A stretch of 64,000 nucleotides of DNA from a virus (Duplodnaviria; Caudoviricetes). The notes below the pieces were generated by a model that saw only the letters and a list, made by a program, of their open reading frames with translations, was not told the DNA's origin and searched no databases. This document shows, piece by piece, positions 1 to 10,830 of this stretch. Location of the stretch: IMG/VR virus record IMGVR_UViG_2588253764_000003; one strand, written 5' to 3'. Numbering within the stretch: position 1 is the stretch's first letter; each line of letters opens with the position of its first letter. Both the position numbers and the translations under genes were made by a program.

Positions 1-1179
1 ATGATGGAGAAAAATAATCATCAGGATTTACATTATTTTAAAATAGCTGTATTCGGTATGGTTATTATGATTTTGGGGATAGGGATTGGGCGATTTTTCT
101 ATACATCAATATTTCCAGTTATGTTGGGTGAAGGATTGTTTACCTTTAATCAACTCTCTTATATAGCGAGCGCTAATTATGGCGGTTATTTAGTTGGGAG
201 TCTGTTTTTTTCATTTTGCAGAGTTGGGAATATATCCCGTGCTCCCTACGTATTATTTGGTGCAGCCATAGTAACGAGTATACTTATTTTTACAGTGACG
301 TTAACAACAAACTTTTACTTGGTTGTCTTGATCCGCTTTGCTGCTGGTATTGCAAGTGCAGCAATGATGATTTTTGGTTCTATTACGGTTATGCAGCGTA
401 GTCACAATCTGCGGGTTATTGCTTCGCTCTATGCAGGTGTAGGAGTTGGTATTCTATTAGGTAATGAGTATGTTATTATCGGTTTGAGTAGATCACTGAA
501 TGCGAAAAATATTTGGTTTGGAGCTGGTTTAATATCTATTATCTTGTTGTTATTATTGTTTATTTTATTCCCGCGTCGTGTTGATACGTCTCAATTTGCT
601 ATTAATGAGCCATTAGTACACGAAAATATTGTTTGGTGGGAACTCGTTCTGCTTTATGGACTCGCTGGATTTGGTTATATTATTGTTGCAACATATCTTC
701 CTTTGATGGCGAAAACGTTTAATTTTCAACTGCTTGCTAGCCACTTATGGTCGTTTGTTGGAATAGCCATTGTTCCCAGTTGTTTTATTTGGTTATGGGG
801 AGCAAATCGATGGGGAGTATTACGTTGTCTGATGCTCAATTTGCTTATTCAAGGGGGATGCGTATTACTGACATTATTTAGCCAGTCTCCTGTACTAATA
901 GTTCTCAGTTGCATAGGGTTTGGATTTACCTTTATGGGGACGACTTCTTTAGTTATGCCGTTAGCTAAGCGTTTGCACACACCGTATGGCATAAATCTGC
1001 TGGGGTTAGCTATTTTAACTTATAGTATTGGTCAAATATTAGGACCTCTGTTGACGAGTTTTCTACAGTTTGGTTCATACACCATTGCACTTTCCATTAT
1101 TTGTGGTGCTGTAGCACTTTTTGTAGCTGCTGGAATCTGCCAATATTGCCTTTGTAAAAAGACAGTTAGCGTTTCATAA
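1..1179 (+). CDS. MFS transporter, YbfB/YjiJ-like family
   Basis: 392 aa with about 12 hydrophobic segments; GIGRFFYT and ASANYGGYLVG motifs. Confidence 0.85.
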   Translation: MMEKNNHQDLHYFKIAVFGMVIMILGIGIGRFFYTSIFPVMLGEGLFTFNQLSYIASANYGGYLVGSLFFSFCRVGNISRAPYVLFGAAIVTSILIFTVTLTTNFYLVVLIRFAAGIASAAMMIFGSITVMQRSHNLRVIASLYAGVGVGILLGNEYVIIGLSRSLNAKNIWFGAGLISIILLLLLFILFPRRVDTSQFAINEPLVHENIVWWELVLLYGLAGFGYIIVATYLPLMAKTFNFQLLASHLWSFVGIAIVPSCFIWLWGANRWGVLRCLMLNLLIQGGCVLLTLFSQSPVLIVLSCIGFGFTFMGTTSLVMPLAKRLHTPYGINLLGLAILTYSIGQILGPLLTSFLQFGSYTIALSIICGAVALFVAAGICQYCLCKKTVSVS

Positions 1180-1546
1180 ACACGCAATCTTCACTAAAAA
1201 TTTTAGGAAATTTATTAAACTCTTTCTTAAGATATTTTATGAAAGTCGAATTATTCTAATGAGGGGTATTTACAGCGTTCTTCACTCTACCGTTGCTATT
1301 TTGAGTGTTGTTCCTCGTGTGATTAGTATTCTCGAAAGTTCAGGCTTTATTGGCATAATCTATTTTCTGATGACTCTATTCAACTTCTTTCTCATATATC
1401 AATAACGCTATTTTTCTGCTAGAAATTTGCATGCTCTCCGGTAGATATTAGTTTTAAGATATGCATCTGTTATGTGTTAATGTTTAATCTTTTTGCATTC
1501 GTTTATTTGAGCTTTTTATTCAACACTTATAAATTATGGAGACGTT

Positions 1547-1756
1547 ATACTTTACGTAAATATTAAAATTATTAATGAAGATATTCCCCCTGAACAAAAG
1601 CGACAGCTGATTGCTGGAGTAACTCAATTATTGGTTGATGTTTTGAATACAAATCCGATAACGACTGTTGTAGTAATTAATGAAGTGGAGATGGATAATT
1701 AGAGCATTGGCGGTGTTCCAGTTACAAAATTAAGAAAAACTTTAAATAGTGAATAA
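1547..1756 (+). pseudogene. 4-oxalocrotonate tautomerase family pseudogene
   Basis: Manual translation ILYVNIKIINEDIPPEQKRQLIAGVTQLLVDVLNTNPITTVVVINEVEMDN*SIGG; start is ATA and the conserved Trp codon is TAG; GGAG RBS upstream. Confidence 0.75.
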
Positions 1757-1792
1757 CTCTATTGTATTTTATGATAAATCTGATCAATTCTA

Positions 1793-2170
1793 GTGTATTG
1801 GCTATGTGATCAGCTTATTACTGTTTGGATTGTTGATGGTTTTATGTCGTCCATCTCACAATTGATGGATTATTGTAAATCTTTACCTCACCGCATAAAG
1901 GGGTGGATTGGGTCGATTGATGTAAGAGAGTTTTTGCCAAGTTTTTTGAGGGGCAAAACGTCCATCCAACCCATAGTACAATTTGCGGGGGCTTCTCCTG
2001 TAAATTCATCTGCCAGAGAACCAAGAGACAAAGACCGTTCCCCCATTACCCACAATCAAAATGTCACAGTGCATGTTAATGGGGCGCGTGACCCCATGGC
2101 CACTGGTCGTGCGGTTGCTCATGCTCTGCAACGGGCACGCACCAATGCGCTGCATGGTGGCACAGAATGA
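1793..2170 (+). pseudogene. C-terminal remnant of phage tail (tape measure-like) protein
   Basis: NQNVTVHVNGARDP motif; lies directly upstream of GpU/GpX/GpD; no N-terminal part. Confidence 0.5.
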
Positions 2171-2326
2171 TAAGGACGACAGAATAAGGGACAAGACAGC
2201 GTGCTGGAAAGAACACAATGAGGGGAGGGATGAAGTGCTAGGATGGCGCAATGGTAGGAGAGATGCAATGATACGTTTCGAAAGAAATGACGTGCTGGAA
2301 GGGATACAATCAATGGGAGGTCGTCT

Positions 2327-2812
2327 ATGAGAGATCCTTTGCTGATGTTAGGTCCACATCTCTTTTATGTGGACTGGCTAAATTTCCAATCGTTTGAGGA
2401 AGAGTTTTCTGCCTCCTGGGTTTGCTTAGAGCGTTTTGGAGAGGCGCCCGGTTTGCAATTTACCGGTTATGGCAATGATCCCAAGACCATTCACGGGGTG
2501 TTGTTTCCAGAAGAGTTTGGGGACCGGGTAGCGATAGATGCTATCACCAGAACCATTCGTGCAGCCAAGCCCGTTCAGATGATTCGTTGGATGAGTGACA
2601 ACGGCTATAGTGCCATTCTCCATGGATCTGTAGTGATCACCAGTGTGACGAAAGACCATGATTACATCAGTCGCTCTGGTCAATCGGGGCGTATTCGCTA
2701 TGCCATTAGCTTGTTACCGTTTTTCGATGGTGGAAAACCACAAGGTCAATATCAGGTGGGACAATATCAAGAGGGATATGATCAATATTCCCAAGGAGGA
2801 GAAACGCCATGA
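2327..2812 (+). CDS. Phage tail protein, P2 GpU-like
   Basis: LMLG..F, PGLQFTG, GVLFPEEFG motifs; synteny with GpX and GpD. Confidence 0.75.
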   Translation: MRDPLLMLGPHLFYVDWLNFQSFEEEFSASWVCLERFGEAPGLQFTGYGNDPKTIHGVLFPEEFGDRVAIDAITRTIRAAKPVQMIRWMSDNGYSAILHGSVVITSVTKDHDYISRSGQSGRIRYAISLLPFFDGGKPQGQYQVGQYQEGYDQYSQGGETP

Positions 2813-3063
2813 AGATACCAGAAAAGCATCTCGTGGTAGAGCTAGAGGATATGAGTCTTGATCTAATCTGCTTTCAACATGCTATGGCTGTGTTAGGGGA
2901 TCGTTTTCAAGTTGGAGCGATCAAAGGGTATTGTGAGGCTACTTTGCAAGCCAATCCAGGTATTGCAGGGTATGGTGCTCTGTTGCCGCGGGGCTTAAAG
3001 GTCATTCTGCCTGAATTTGTTAGCCAAGAAAAGAACAGCGTGGTGAGAAGGCTATGGGATTAA
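2809..3063 (+). CDS. Phage tail protein X (P2 GpX-like)
   Basis: LDLICF...ANPGIA..G.LLP.GL.V.LP...VRRLWD. Confidence 0.85.
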   Translation: MKIPEKHLVVELEDMSLDLICFQHAMAVLGDRFQVGAIKGYCEATLQANPGIAGYGALLPRGLKVILPEFVSQEKNSVVRRLWD

Positions 3064-3780
3064 TGCGCACACATCCTTTTATTGAGGTGAGGGTGGGGGA
3101 GAATCTTGTCCATGAGGTTTTTTACCAGCGTCTTTTAACGGCAACCATTACGGACCATGCGGGCAATGAAGCCGATACATTTGAAGCGGAGTTTGATGAT
3201 AGTGGCAATGATTTAGAGATTCCCTCCAGTAACAGCGCACTCCATGTCACCTTTGGCTATCAAAACAGCATCCGAGCCTTTATGGGGCGTTTTGTTGTCG
3301 AATCAGTGGTAAGTTGTGGGAGCAGTGATGGAGAGATTTTGCGCCTTTGTGGCAAAAGTGCCTCGATGCGTAAAGAACTTAAAGAACAAGCGAGTGAACA
3401 TTTTGACCACAAAACCATTGCTGAGATTGTTGAGGCCCTTGCCAAACGCCATGGTTATCAAGCAAAGGTCAGTCCACAATTTACCAAACAAACCTTGCCT
3501 TATGTGGTGCGCACCGATCAATCGGCGGTTGACTTTTTAACCCGCCTTGCCGACCGCATGCGGGCACGTTTTTTAATCAAGGACAATAAGTTTTTATTTT
3601 TAAGCGGTGACAATTTACCAGCCCTCACCCTCCATAAGCATGACTGTTCCAGCTGGGAATTTACCCTAGAGCCGCGCACCCAATACGGCACCATTGAAAC
3701 TTCTTATTTTGATCGCGCAAAAGGGCAACAATGCCAAGTCAAGCATCAAACAGGGTTTAGCGGTCCCGTGCGTCGTTGTT
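3063..3780 (+). pseudogene. Phage late control/baseplate hub protein D (GpD), 3'-truncated
   Basis: ITDHAGNEADTF and DQSAVDFLTRLA motifs; frame runs into unrelated methylase sequence near 3780. Confidence 0.75.
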
Positions 3781-3784
3781 ATCA

Positions 3785-4263
3785 CAAGGTTGAAAGAGCC
3801 GCGCGCTTTTTGTTTCTCCAACGTTGTGTCTTATATGGGAAAAAGATTACGTCTCTTTTAGTTTTGGAAGGAAAAAGCCTATAGAGCATTTAACCCCGAT
3901 AAGCTTTTAGCTAGGATGAGACGTGTTAGACAAAAATTGCTTGATACGGTTATCTTAAATTTATCATGGGAACGAGTTGTCGAGCTCTTTGATGCGCCCG
4001 ACAGTTTATTTTATTTAGAGCCACTTTATCTTGTAAACAAGAAGTATTTATAGTTCTGGGAATTTTGTTGAAGACGATTTTGTAAGTATGGCAAAAGTTC
4101 TCAAGGGCATTCAAGGGAAGTTTATTTTGAGTCTGAATGATTGTGATACGGTTCGAGAGATCTTTAAGGATTTTGACTTTTTAGAAGTTGAGACGCTTTG
4201 GACATCCGGTATGGCAAAAAAACACCCCGGAAAGAAGTTCTGATTCGTAATTGCAATATATAG
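3785..4263 (+). pseudogene. DNA adenine methylase (Dam/D12 class) fragment
   Basis: VERAARFLFLQR, FDAPDSLFYLEPLY (degenerate DPPY) and GKFILSLND pieces in several frames. Confidence 0.7.
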
Positions 4264-4384
4264 ATGCTGATGCTATTTGATAGCGTTACGGATTCTATCT
4301 ATCAGGTGGTTCAAAAGGTTGTTTTGTTATTTAACGTTTTTATTAACTTATTGAAAAATATTGTTAAGTTATCATTAAATTGTA

Positions 4385-4400
4385 CCGACCATCTGCACCA
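4385..4400 (+). other. tRNA 3'-end remnant (possible att site)
   Basis: CCGACCATCTGCACCA ends in CCA at the boundary between the phage remnant and host-like genes. Confidence 0.5.
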
Positions 4401-4534
4401 TTAACAATTAATTTCTCTGTAACGATAAGAGGTTGTATATAGAGAGGGAATCTGTGCAAATTATGGAAAAATCTTTCTTTATGTGTTATCTTCTGGTTTT
4501 TTCTTCATAACGTTTCATTTTTTTGCTTTAATCT

Positions 4535-5767
4535 GTGCATTTGAAAGGTTATATTTTTTATAGATGGGGCCGAGTTGCAGTGAGAAGTATAGTTGTTATA
4601 AGGTATTTAACACTTTTTATTTGTATTTCTTTATTATCAGCGTGTAGCGATTCGCGTGCTGTTCTTTGGCATGGGGTGCATGCAACGCCTTCTATGACCG
4701 CAGTAGAAAGAGAAGTTGAAGGAAAACCGATTTCTCCAAAGGCCATCGTTCCAGTGTATGTTGCAACAAGTCGTATGATGCAAAATAATTATGCTCAGCC
4801 TTATGGTTCAGAGCGATCAAATAAAGTACATTACAATCGCGTTGACGTAGGAATTCCTCAGCAACATGTAAAGGGAGTTGTTGAAATAAATGCATATAAA
4901 CCTACACATGATAAGTATTTTGCGGCAGTCTCATTGCGAAAATACGATAACAAAGAACAGTTTAAACAGCAATTAAATGCTGCTTTAGCAAAAAAGCCAA
5001 AAGGAAAAAGAGAAATTTTCCTTTTTATCCATGGATATAATAATAATTTTGCAGATGGTACATTTCGTACAGCGCAATTTACACACGATTATTCTTTAAA
5101 TGTTGTCGCTGTGCATTATTCTTGGCCTTCTGCTGGATCAGTTCCTCTTTATATTTATGATCGTGATAGTGCTAATTTTGCCCGTGACGGATTAATAGAG
5201 CTCTTGACACTTATTAACGAAACCAATGCTGATCAAGTTTCAGTTATTGCACATTCTATGGGCAATTTTGTTATAATGGAGGCATTTAGAACCTTAGCTC
5301 TACAGGGAAAATATAAGCCTATTCGTCGTATTACAAGTTTATTAATGGCAGCACCAGACATTGATATTGATGTATTTGAACGCCAACTTAATGATATAAA
5401 GACACTTCCACAGCCAACAGCAATTTTAGTATCCAGAGCAGATAAAGCTCTCGCAGTTTCTGGGCGTCTTACGGGTGGACATCACCGCGTGGGTGATGGC
5501 TCAGATATTGAAATGTTGCGTAAAAATGGAATAACTGTTCTTGACTTTTCTCATGTGGATGGGGGAGCACACAATGTTTTTGCGTCTTCTCCAACGTTAA
5601 TGGCTCTTTCTCGAGAAGGCTCTTTGGCTTCAACAATTATGCAAGGTACAGAATTATCACCTAGTCAAGCTCTTCTTGCAGATAGTAGTAGTGTGTTGGA
5701 AAAAACAACACATCTTATCCTTTATACACCTTTACGTTTTCTCTCTCCACGGATTTTACGTCGATAG
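4535..5767 (+). CDS. DUF900-type alpha/beta hydrolase, probable lipoprotein
   Basis: FIHGYNNNF, YSWPS, AHSMG, AAPDID motifs; LLSAC lipobox; true start may be downstream. Confidence 0.85.
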   Translation: MHLKGYIFYRWGRVAVRSIVVIRYLTLFICISLLSACSDSRAVLWHGVHATPSMTAVEREVEGKPISPKAIVPVYVATSRMMQNNYAQPYGSERSNKVHYNRVDVGIPQQHVKGVVEINAYKPTHDKYFAAVSLRKYDNKEQFKQQLNAALAKKPKGKREIFLFIHGYNNNFADGTFRTAQFTHDYSLNVVAVHYSWPSAGSVPLYIYDRDSANFARDGLIELLTLINETNADQVSVIAHSMGNFVIMEAFRTLALQGKYKPIRRITSLLMAAPDIDIDVFERQLNDIKTLPQPTAILVSRADKALAVSGRLTGGHHRVGDGSDIEMLRKNGITVLDFSHVDGGAHNVFASSPTLMALSREGSLASTIMQGTELSPSQALLADSSSVLEKTTHLILYTPLRFLSPRILRR

Positions 5768-5892
5768 CAAAAAAAGAGACCGTCTAATAATGCATTGGAA
5801 GGGTATTTTTTAGCACTTTCTTTAGAATGACTTTGTAAAATAAAAAAGAAATAGCGGACTGAGTGTAAAAACAGTTATTAGGTGAGTTTGTA

Positions 5893-6387
5893 ATGATTGC
5901 ACAGAAAAGCTATCTCAATGCACCTACAGTTGTTGATTATTTATCTCATTCCGCAATTAAGTTGTTAGAAATTCATGCTATGCTTGTGAAGGTGAGAAAA
6001 GGTGATATGGGGGAAAAACCAAATTTATTGCGTCAAATTGATTCTACAAAAAAACAATTAGATGAGATAAGCCATGCTCTTATTTTAGAATATCGTAAAC
6101 GCCAAGAAAATGAGCGCTTTTTAAAACAAATTTTGCTCTCCATTTCCGATCAACTTTTTTCACTTAACAATGGTTTTAAAGAAACTGGACGTCTTTTTTT
6201 TCAAGAAGTTAGAATACTTCAGTCTCAGATGCAATGTTTATATGAGGGAAAAGAGAGGCTGCATTTGTTGAATAGCGAAGAAGCTCTTTGTTCTCCATCA
6301 AAAATTGATGAAGTCATTAAACAGTTACAAAAAGCGCGAGAAAAGCTTATCGTTGAAAGTCCACACCTTTTTGAAAAAGAATGTTAA
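5893..6387 (+). CDS. Hypothetical helical protein
   Basis: 164 aa ORF with plausible RBS. Confidence 0.55.
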   Translation: MIAQKSYLNAPTVVDYLSHSAIKLLEIHAMLVKVRKGDMGEKPNLLRQIDSTKKQLDEISHALILEYRKRQENERFLKQILLSISDQLFSLNNGFKETGRLFFQEVRILQSQMQCLYEGKERLHLLNSEEALCSPSKIDEVIKQLQKAREKLIVESPHLFEKEC

Positions 6388-6744
6388 AATCAAAAAAAGA
6401 TTTTTTAAAACAAGCACATTGATAAAAATATTTCCTCTTTACGAGCAAACAGTGCATTTAGATTGCAGTTATTTTTCTCTTTCTTTCGCCTTTTTATAAT
6501 ATCAGTTAATAGAGCACTCCAAGTGCGATTGCAAAGGGAGAAAAGATGCTGGTATTGCTTCAATAAATAAATTGAAGTCACGCATATTGAAAACATTGTC
6601 ACCTGCCGCTGTTTTTGCTGCTTTGATTAACGCAACAAATGTTTTTCTTATCGTTTCTCGGGGATGCATGGGAGCTCCTTTTAGACAAATTTGTTTTTAG
6701 TCATTTTTATTGCATTTGTGGATACATTTTGATATACATGCGTT

Positions 6745-7043
6745 ATGGTAACAAATATCCAAGTTCATGGCATAAATTGGGATGACGGGAACTGGCCTAA
6801 ATGTGCCAAACATGGAGTTTGTAAAAAAGAGATAGAATATTTATTCACCAATCCGGGAAATCTCGTCATAAAGCACGACCCAAATGTTAAAGAAGAGCGT
6901 TTCAGAGCTATTGGAAGAAGCTATAATAAAAGATATTTTTTTTAGTTTTTACTTTGAGAACAATAGAGAGCGAACTGTTTGTGCGTCCTATTAGCGCCCG
7001 TTATATGCACCAGAAGGAGATCGATTTTTATGAACACCTCTAA
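6745..7043 (+). pseudogene. brnT: BrnT-family toxin, frameshifted
   Basis: WD..N..K.KHGV, ERFRAIG, then LVFTLR...RPISARYMH in the shifted frame after a T8 run at 6936-6943. Confidence 0.8.
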
Positions 7044-7302
7044 ATTAAAACAAATACCTGTTTTCAAAACGGATGAAGAAGCAGAAAACTTTGTCGATAC
7101 TGCTGATCTTACGGATTACGATTTAACGGGTTTTAAACCTGTTCATTTTGAATTCTTACCTAAAGAAGCTTCTATGAATATTCGCTTGCCTCAAGCTCTT
7201 ATGAAGGCTTTAAAGGAAAAAGCTAAAAATCAAGCTATCCCTTACACACGTTATGTTAGGCATCTGATTGAACAAGATTTACGAAAAAGCCATCGTAATT
7301 AG
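7030..7302 (+). CDS. BrnA/CopG-like RHH antitoxin
   Basis: IP.FKTDEEAE.F...DLTDY and NIRLP...K..A...IPY motifs; overlaps the toxin 3' end. Confidence 0.8.
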   Translation: MNTSKLKQIPVFKTDEEAENFVDTADLTDYDLTGFKPVHFEFLPKEASMNIRLPQALMKALKEKAKNQAIPYTRYVRHLIEQDLRKSHRN

Positions 7303-7343
7303 TTTTCCTTTATGAAGGATATAAGAAAGTATTGAGTTAAAGC

Positions 7344-7642
7344 ATGAACAATAATCATTATACATATCGTGTTTTGTTGTTACAAGAAGATGAGGAATAT
7401 GTCGGATTATGTGCAGAATTCCCATCTCTTTCATGGTTAGACGCTCAAGCAGAATGGATCTCGTTTCAGAGGTTGTTGAGGATATGCAACACAACGGAGA
7501 AGAGGTTCCTGTGCCTTTGTCACATGGTAAATATAGTGGTAAGTTTCAATTAAGAATTCCACCAGAACTTCATAGAAAACTTGCAATTCAAGCCGCCGAA
7601 AATGGTGTAAGTTTAAACAGATACATTTCTTCTAAACTGTAA
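7344..7642 (+). pseudogene. hicB: HicB-family antitoxin, frameshifted by internal deletion
   Basis: HYTYRV...EYVGLCAEFPSLSWL in one frame; YSGKFQLRIPPELHRKLAIQAAENGVSLN in another. Confidence 0.8.
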
Positions 7643-7714
7643 TTTTCCTTTTGATAAAACACTTGATTGACACAAGTGCATGGTGTATAGTATCAAGTAT
7701 CAAAAGGTAAGTGT

Positions 7715-7996
7715 ATGGCAATCGTTAGTTTTAAGCATAAAGGATTAAAGTTGTTTTTTGAAACAGGATCACATAAGGGTATACAGTCCGCACATGCTAA
7801 AAAATTAGCAAATATTTTGGTGATTTTAGATACAATATCCTCGCCGGAACAAGTAACAATTAAATCATATCGTTTACATGCACTTACTGGCGATTTAAAA
7901 GGCTATTGGTCGATGCGTGTAAGTGCCAATTGGCGCGTTACCTTTCGTTTTATTGGAACAGATATTGAACTTGTTGATTATCAAGATTATCATTAA
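7715..7996 (+). CDS. higB: HigB toxin (RelE superfamily)
   Basis: SFKHKGLK.FFETG...LH.L.GDLKGYWSMRVSANWRVTFRF...DYQDYH. Confidence 0.92.
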   Translation: MAIVSFKHKGLKLFFETGSHKGIQSAHAKKLANILVILDTISSPEQVTIKSYRLHALTGDLKGYWSMRVSANWRVTFRFIGTDIELVDYQDYH

Positions 7997-8011
7997 TTTT
8001 AAGGTATTATT

Positions 8012-8299
8012 ATGATGTACAATCCTCCACACCCCGGTGGCATTTTAAGAGAAGAGTTATTGGATACGCTAGGATTAACGGTAACAGAAGCAGCTAATCG
8101 TCTTGGTGTTGCACGTTTAACTTTATCACGTGTTTTAAACTGTAATGCAGCAATTAGCATTAACCTAGCCTTACGTTTGGAGATGGCTGGTTTAAATGAT
8201 GCAGAATTTTGGCTTAAATTGCAACAGAAGCATGATCTTTGGCAAGCACGGCATAATAATCCGATTTCGTATATCGCACCTTTAGAAGCAGCCTCTTAG
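8012..8299 (+). CDS. higA: HigA antitoxin (HTH)
   Basis: NPPHPGGILREE...LTVTEAA..LGV.R.TLSRVLN...FWLKLQ. Confidence 0.92.
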   Translation: MMYNPPHPGGILREELLDTLGLTVTEAANRLGVARLTLSRVLNCNAAISINLALRLEMAGLNDAEFWLKLQQKHDLWQARHNNPISYIAPLEAAS

Positions 8300-8343
8300 C
8301 CACCTCCCCACCTTCGAAGTGGGAAAGGGGCATGCTTTTGAAT

Positions 8344-8622
8344 TTAAGCAACTTTTCTAATGGGGCTCTCGAAATTTGGTTCATAAGTGCGCAACAAAGA
8401 ATCCATGCTATGCGGTAACTCTGAAGATCCAAAATTTGTAATCATTGCTAAAATCTTTGTAATATTGGGTAGTTCATTTTGAAGTTTTAAAACTAAAACT
8501 TTTTCTATCAATTCCATAACTTCAACTATGGCATTACAATTTTTATCTCCAATGCCTCGATGATTGGAAAATTTAAACAGTGCCATCCATAAATCACATA
8601 AGAAGTTGGTATCTATCTTCAT
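8344..8622 (-). CDS. Hypothetical phage protein
   Basis: MKIDTNFLCDLW start overlaps the antirepressor stop. Confidence 0.55.
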   Translation of the reverse strand: MKIDTNFLCDLWMALFKFSNHRGIGDKNCNAIVEVMELIEKVLVLKLQNELPNITKILAMITNFGSSELPHSMDSLLRTYEPNFESPIRKVA

Positions 8623-9332
8623 AGCACACCTCCATGGATTTGTTCTCTCAAACATGCCAATCTTCTGGATGTGATTTTTGTCGAAGGGAGTACCTTTTCT
8701 GTACCATCTGGTCTTTGAATGGTGATAGCAGGGCAATTCATGAAGCCTTTCTTGATTTTATCCTGATAAGGTAACAGAGGCGCCCCTGGAGCACGTCGAT
8801 AAACCCAGTCATGTTTACGCAAGTAATCGATTAAACCAAACAGCCTATCAGAACGTTTTAAACCTTCCAAAGCTTCTGCTTTTGGCGTGAGTGTACTCAC
8901 CTCATTTCTTAAGTCTTCTAATTGATTGATACTCTCTAAAAGAAGCTGTTTAATCGTAAGAGGATTTTCCAAAGCATTGGCAAGATCTACTTGTGGTGTT
9001 GCTACTTGTTTTAACCGTCTTTCACATTCGATAAAGTATAAACGAGCTTCTCTACCTTTCTTATTGTTCTCCACCATAGAAAGTTCTTTGGCTACACTTA
9101 AAGTGAGGTGATAGTCTTTACGATTGTGACCACCTCTTCCTTTGCTCCCCAAAATCGGGGAGCAAACAAAATCTTGATTTTCTACTAAATTATATTTGTT
9201 GATACGGTCAGTAATCCAAGTAGAGAAATCTTTTCCTATTTCCAAAAACGCATGTAGATCACGTGCATCTACTGTCTGAACAGTATCGCCATCAATACTG
9301 GTTTGATGTATGTCGATTAAATATTGTGCCAT
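8619..9332 (-). CDS. Phage antirepressor (AntA/AntB N-domain + ANT/KilAC C-domain), small internal deletion
   Basis: VDARDLHAFL..KDFSTWITDRI, AKELSMVE; C-domain lacks the TEAAK segment seen in paralogs. Confidence 0.85.
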   Translation of the reverse strand: MAQYLIDIHQTSIDGDTVQTVDARDLHAFLEIGKDFSTWITDRINKYNLVENQDFVCSPILGSKGRGGHNRKDYHLTLSVAKELSMVENNKKGREARLYFIECERRLKQVATPQVDLANALENPLTIKQLLLESINQLEDLRNEVSTLTPKAEALEGLKRSDRLFGLIDYLRKHDWVYRRAPGAPLLPYQDKIKKGFMNCPAITIQRPDGTEKVLPSTKITSRRLACLREQIHGGVL

Positions 9333-9380
9333 GATTGGGTTCCTATGTGCTTAAAGGTTTCTTAGTAGACACCCTAACAG

Positions 9381-9464
9381 GTGCCGGGTGCTAAGAAACA
9401 CGGCACATAGCCCGTCGTTATACCTTTCCCAAAAGGGTATTGTATAGCATAACCACACCCGACA
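9381..9464 (-). ncRNA. C4-like antisense RNA (copy 1) upstream of antirepressor
   Basis: Closing stem; CUAUGUG and UUUCUUAG segments are complementary to sites both upstream (9544-9567) and downstream (9343-9365). Confidence 0.7.
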
Positions 9465-9732
9465 AGGTCATTATATGTGCGTAGCATATAATGAGTCAAA
9501 GCTTTTAATTGGCGGTGAAAAGATTGTTTCGGCAATCTATCCGCTATGTGTTTAAGGTGTTTCTTAGGCACCTGATTCGACAATATGCATAACGTCACTG
9601 CCTTGTCAAGTGATAAAAACTTTTTTCTAAAAATAATACGCTATTGTACAGTGTGTATATGAATACACATTAAATTCGTTATTTTTCAATATATTATGTG
9701 TACAATGTACAGTCATTTTGAAAATTCTGTCG

Positions 9733-9790
9733 CTAGCGATAGTTCGCGCTCGTCCGCCCCGCAACGAAGCCAACCCGCTGGGAAGTACCT
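9733..9790 (-). other. Lambda-like cos (cosQ-cosN) packaging site
   Basis: Minus strand GGTACTTCC...TTGCGGGGCGGACGAGCGCGAACTATCGCTA resembles lambda GGTCCTTTCC...TTACGGGGCGGCGACCTCGCGGGTTTTCGCTA. Confidence 0.6.
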
Positions 9791-9927
9791 TTTGAATTGA
9801 TTTTATTGACTTTTTTATGGAAAAAACAAAGCATAAATGATGGTCTTTTTTTTAAATTGCAATAAGAATAGGGAATGCTTAAACTCATAAAGATATGGAA
9901 TATAGAGATAAAGCTTGAGAACATGAT

Positions 9928-10506
9928 CTAGCCTTTTTTATTAGCAGCGTATTCTTGACGTTTAAGTTGTCTCTGTATATTTTTGGTTAATCTTTCATTG
10001 GCATATTGTGCAATAGCGCTTGCAATCTCTGGCTTGGACATCACTTTAGCAATTGATGGTCCTTCTTGTTTTGCAATGGGGAATTGGTCTCCATCATCTC
10101 TTTGAAACACATTCCCTCCCATTTTTAACTCAACACGTTTTGGAAAACTGCCTCCCATGATAAAACCATGGGGCAAGATTTCTTTCTTTTTAAACAGTGT
10201 GTAAGTTACGCCGCGTTTTGTTTCTCTTGCTTTAAAAAATTTAAGAGGTATCGGTGTTCCAGAACCAATGATATCTGTCTCGAGAAACTGTGCGGTAGCC
10301 TTGTCTTTAATATAAACACCTCTTCTTATACGCTTTATTTGGGCTGATGAGATGTCGGTAACTTGCTTTTCAGTAAAGCGTTCAACTTGTTTTGCTGCAG
10401 TGTTTAGAGCATTACGCAGAGCCCAATTAAGGCGAGGGGCTTGAAGGCTTGTGAAGGTATCTTTTACCTGTTGAAGATACCATTTTTGGTGGATAATTAA
10501 TTTCAA
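9928..10506 (-). CDS. Phage minor tail protein Z-like
   Basis: RNALN.AA, IPLKFFKARETKRGVT, VFQR....FPI....GPSI motifs. Confidence 0.6.
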   Translation of the reverse strand: MKLIIHQKWYLQQVKDTFTSLQAPRLNWALRNALNTAAKQVERFTEKQVTDISSAQIKRIRRGVYIKDKATAQFLETDIIGSGTPIPLKFFKARETKRGVTYTLFKKKEILPHGFIMGGSFPKRVELKMGGNVFQRDDGDQFPIAKQEGPSIAKVMSKPEIASAIAQYANERLTKNIQRQLKRQEYAANKKG

Positions 10507-10509
10507 CTT

Positions 10510-10830
10510 TTAAGCCTTTTGGGGGGTAGATATTGATGGCTTGGAAGCTGTAGGTGCTTTTGGTTTTTCGAATGAGGGTTCCTCTGTTACTGTTTCAGAT
10601 GATGTTTGGTTGGGTTCTTTTTTTACCTGCTTAATCTGTTCAATTGTCTTGTCGGGTTTTATTTTTGTTTTGACATCAACAAAGGGTTTAGCAGCATTTG
10701 CACGCTTGAGACGTGCGTAGACTTGATTAGAAATCTCAACAAATGGATTATTGGGAGTTGAAGTTTCAAAACGAACAGTGCTTTTATTATCGCCAACAAC
10801 ACACATTGGCTTGGTGATGATTACTTTCAT
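10510..10830 (-). CDS. Hypothetical phage protein
   Basis: 106 aa; AGGAG RBS; adjacent to the next gene. Confidence 0.6.
   Translation of the reverse strand: MKVIITKPMCVVGDNKSTVRFETSTPNNPFVEISNQVYARLKRANAAKPFVDVKTKIKPDKTIEQIKQVKKEPNQTSSETVTEEPSFEKPKAPTASKPSISTPQKA

Noticed and set aside
2160-2330. Purine-rich degenerate repeats and 89-aa ORF before GpU
   Set aside because: No regular period or recognisable family; likely an intergenic low-complexity segment
9374-9598. 74-aa ORF upstream of the antirepressor
   Set aside because: Overlaps the C4-like element and is not evident in the other copies; a small icd/kil-like peptide is not excluded
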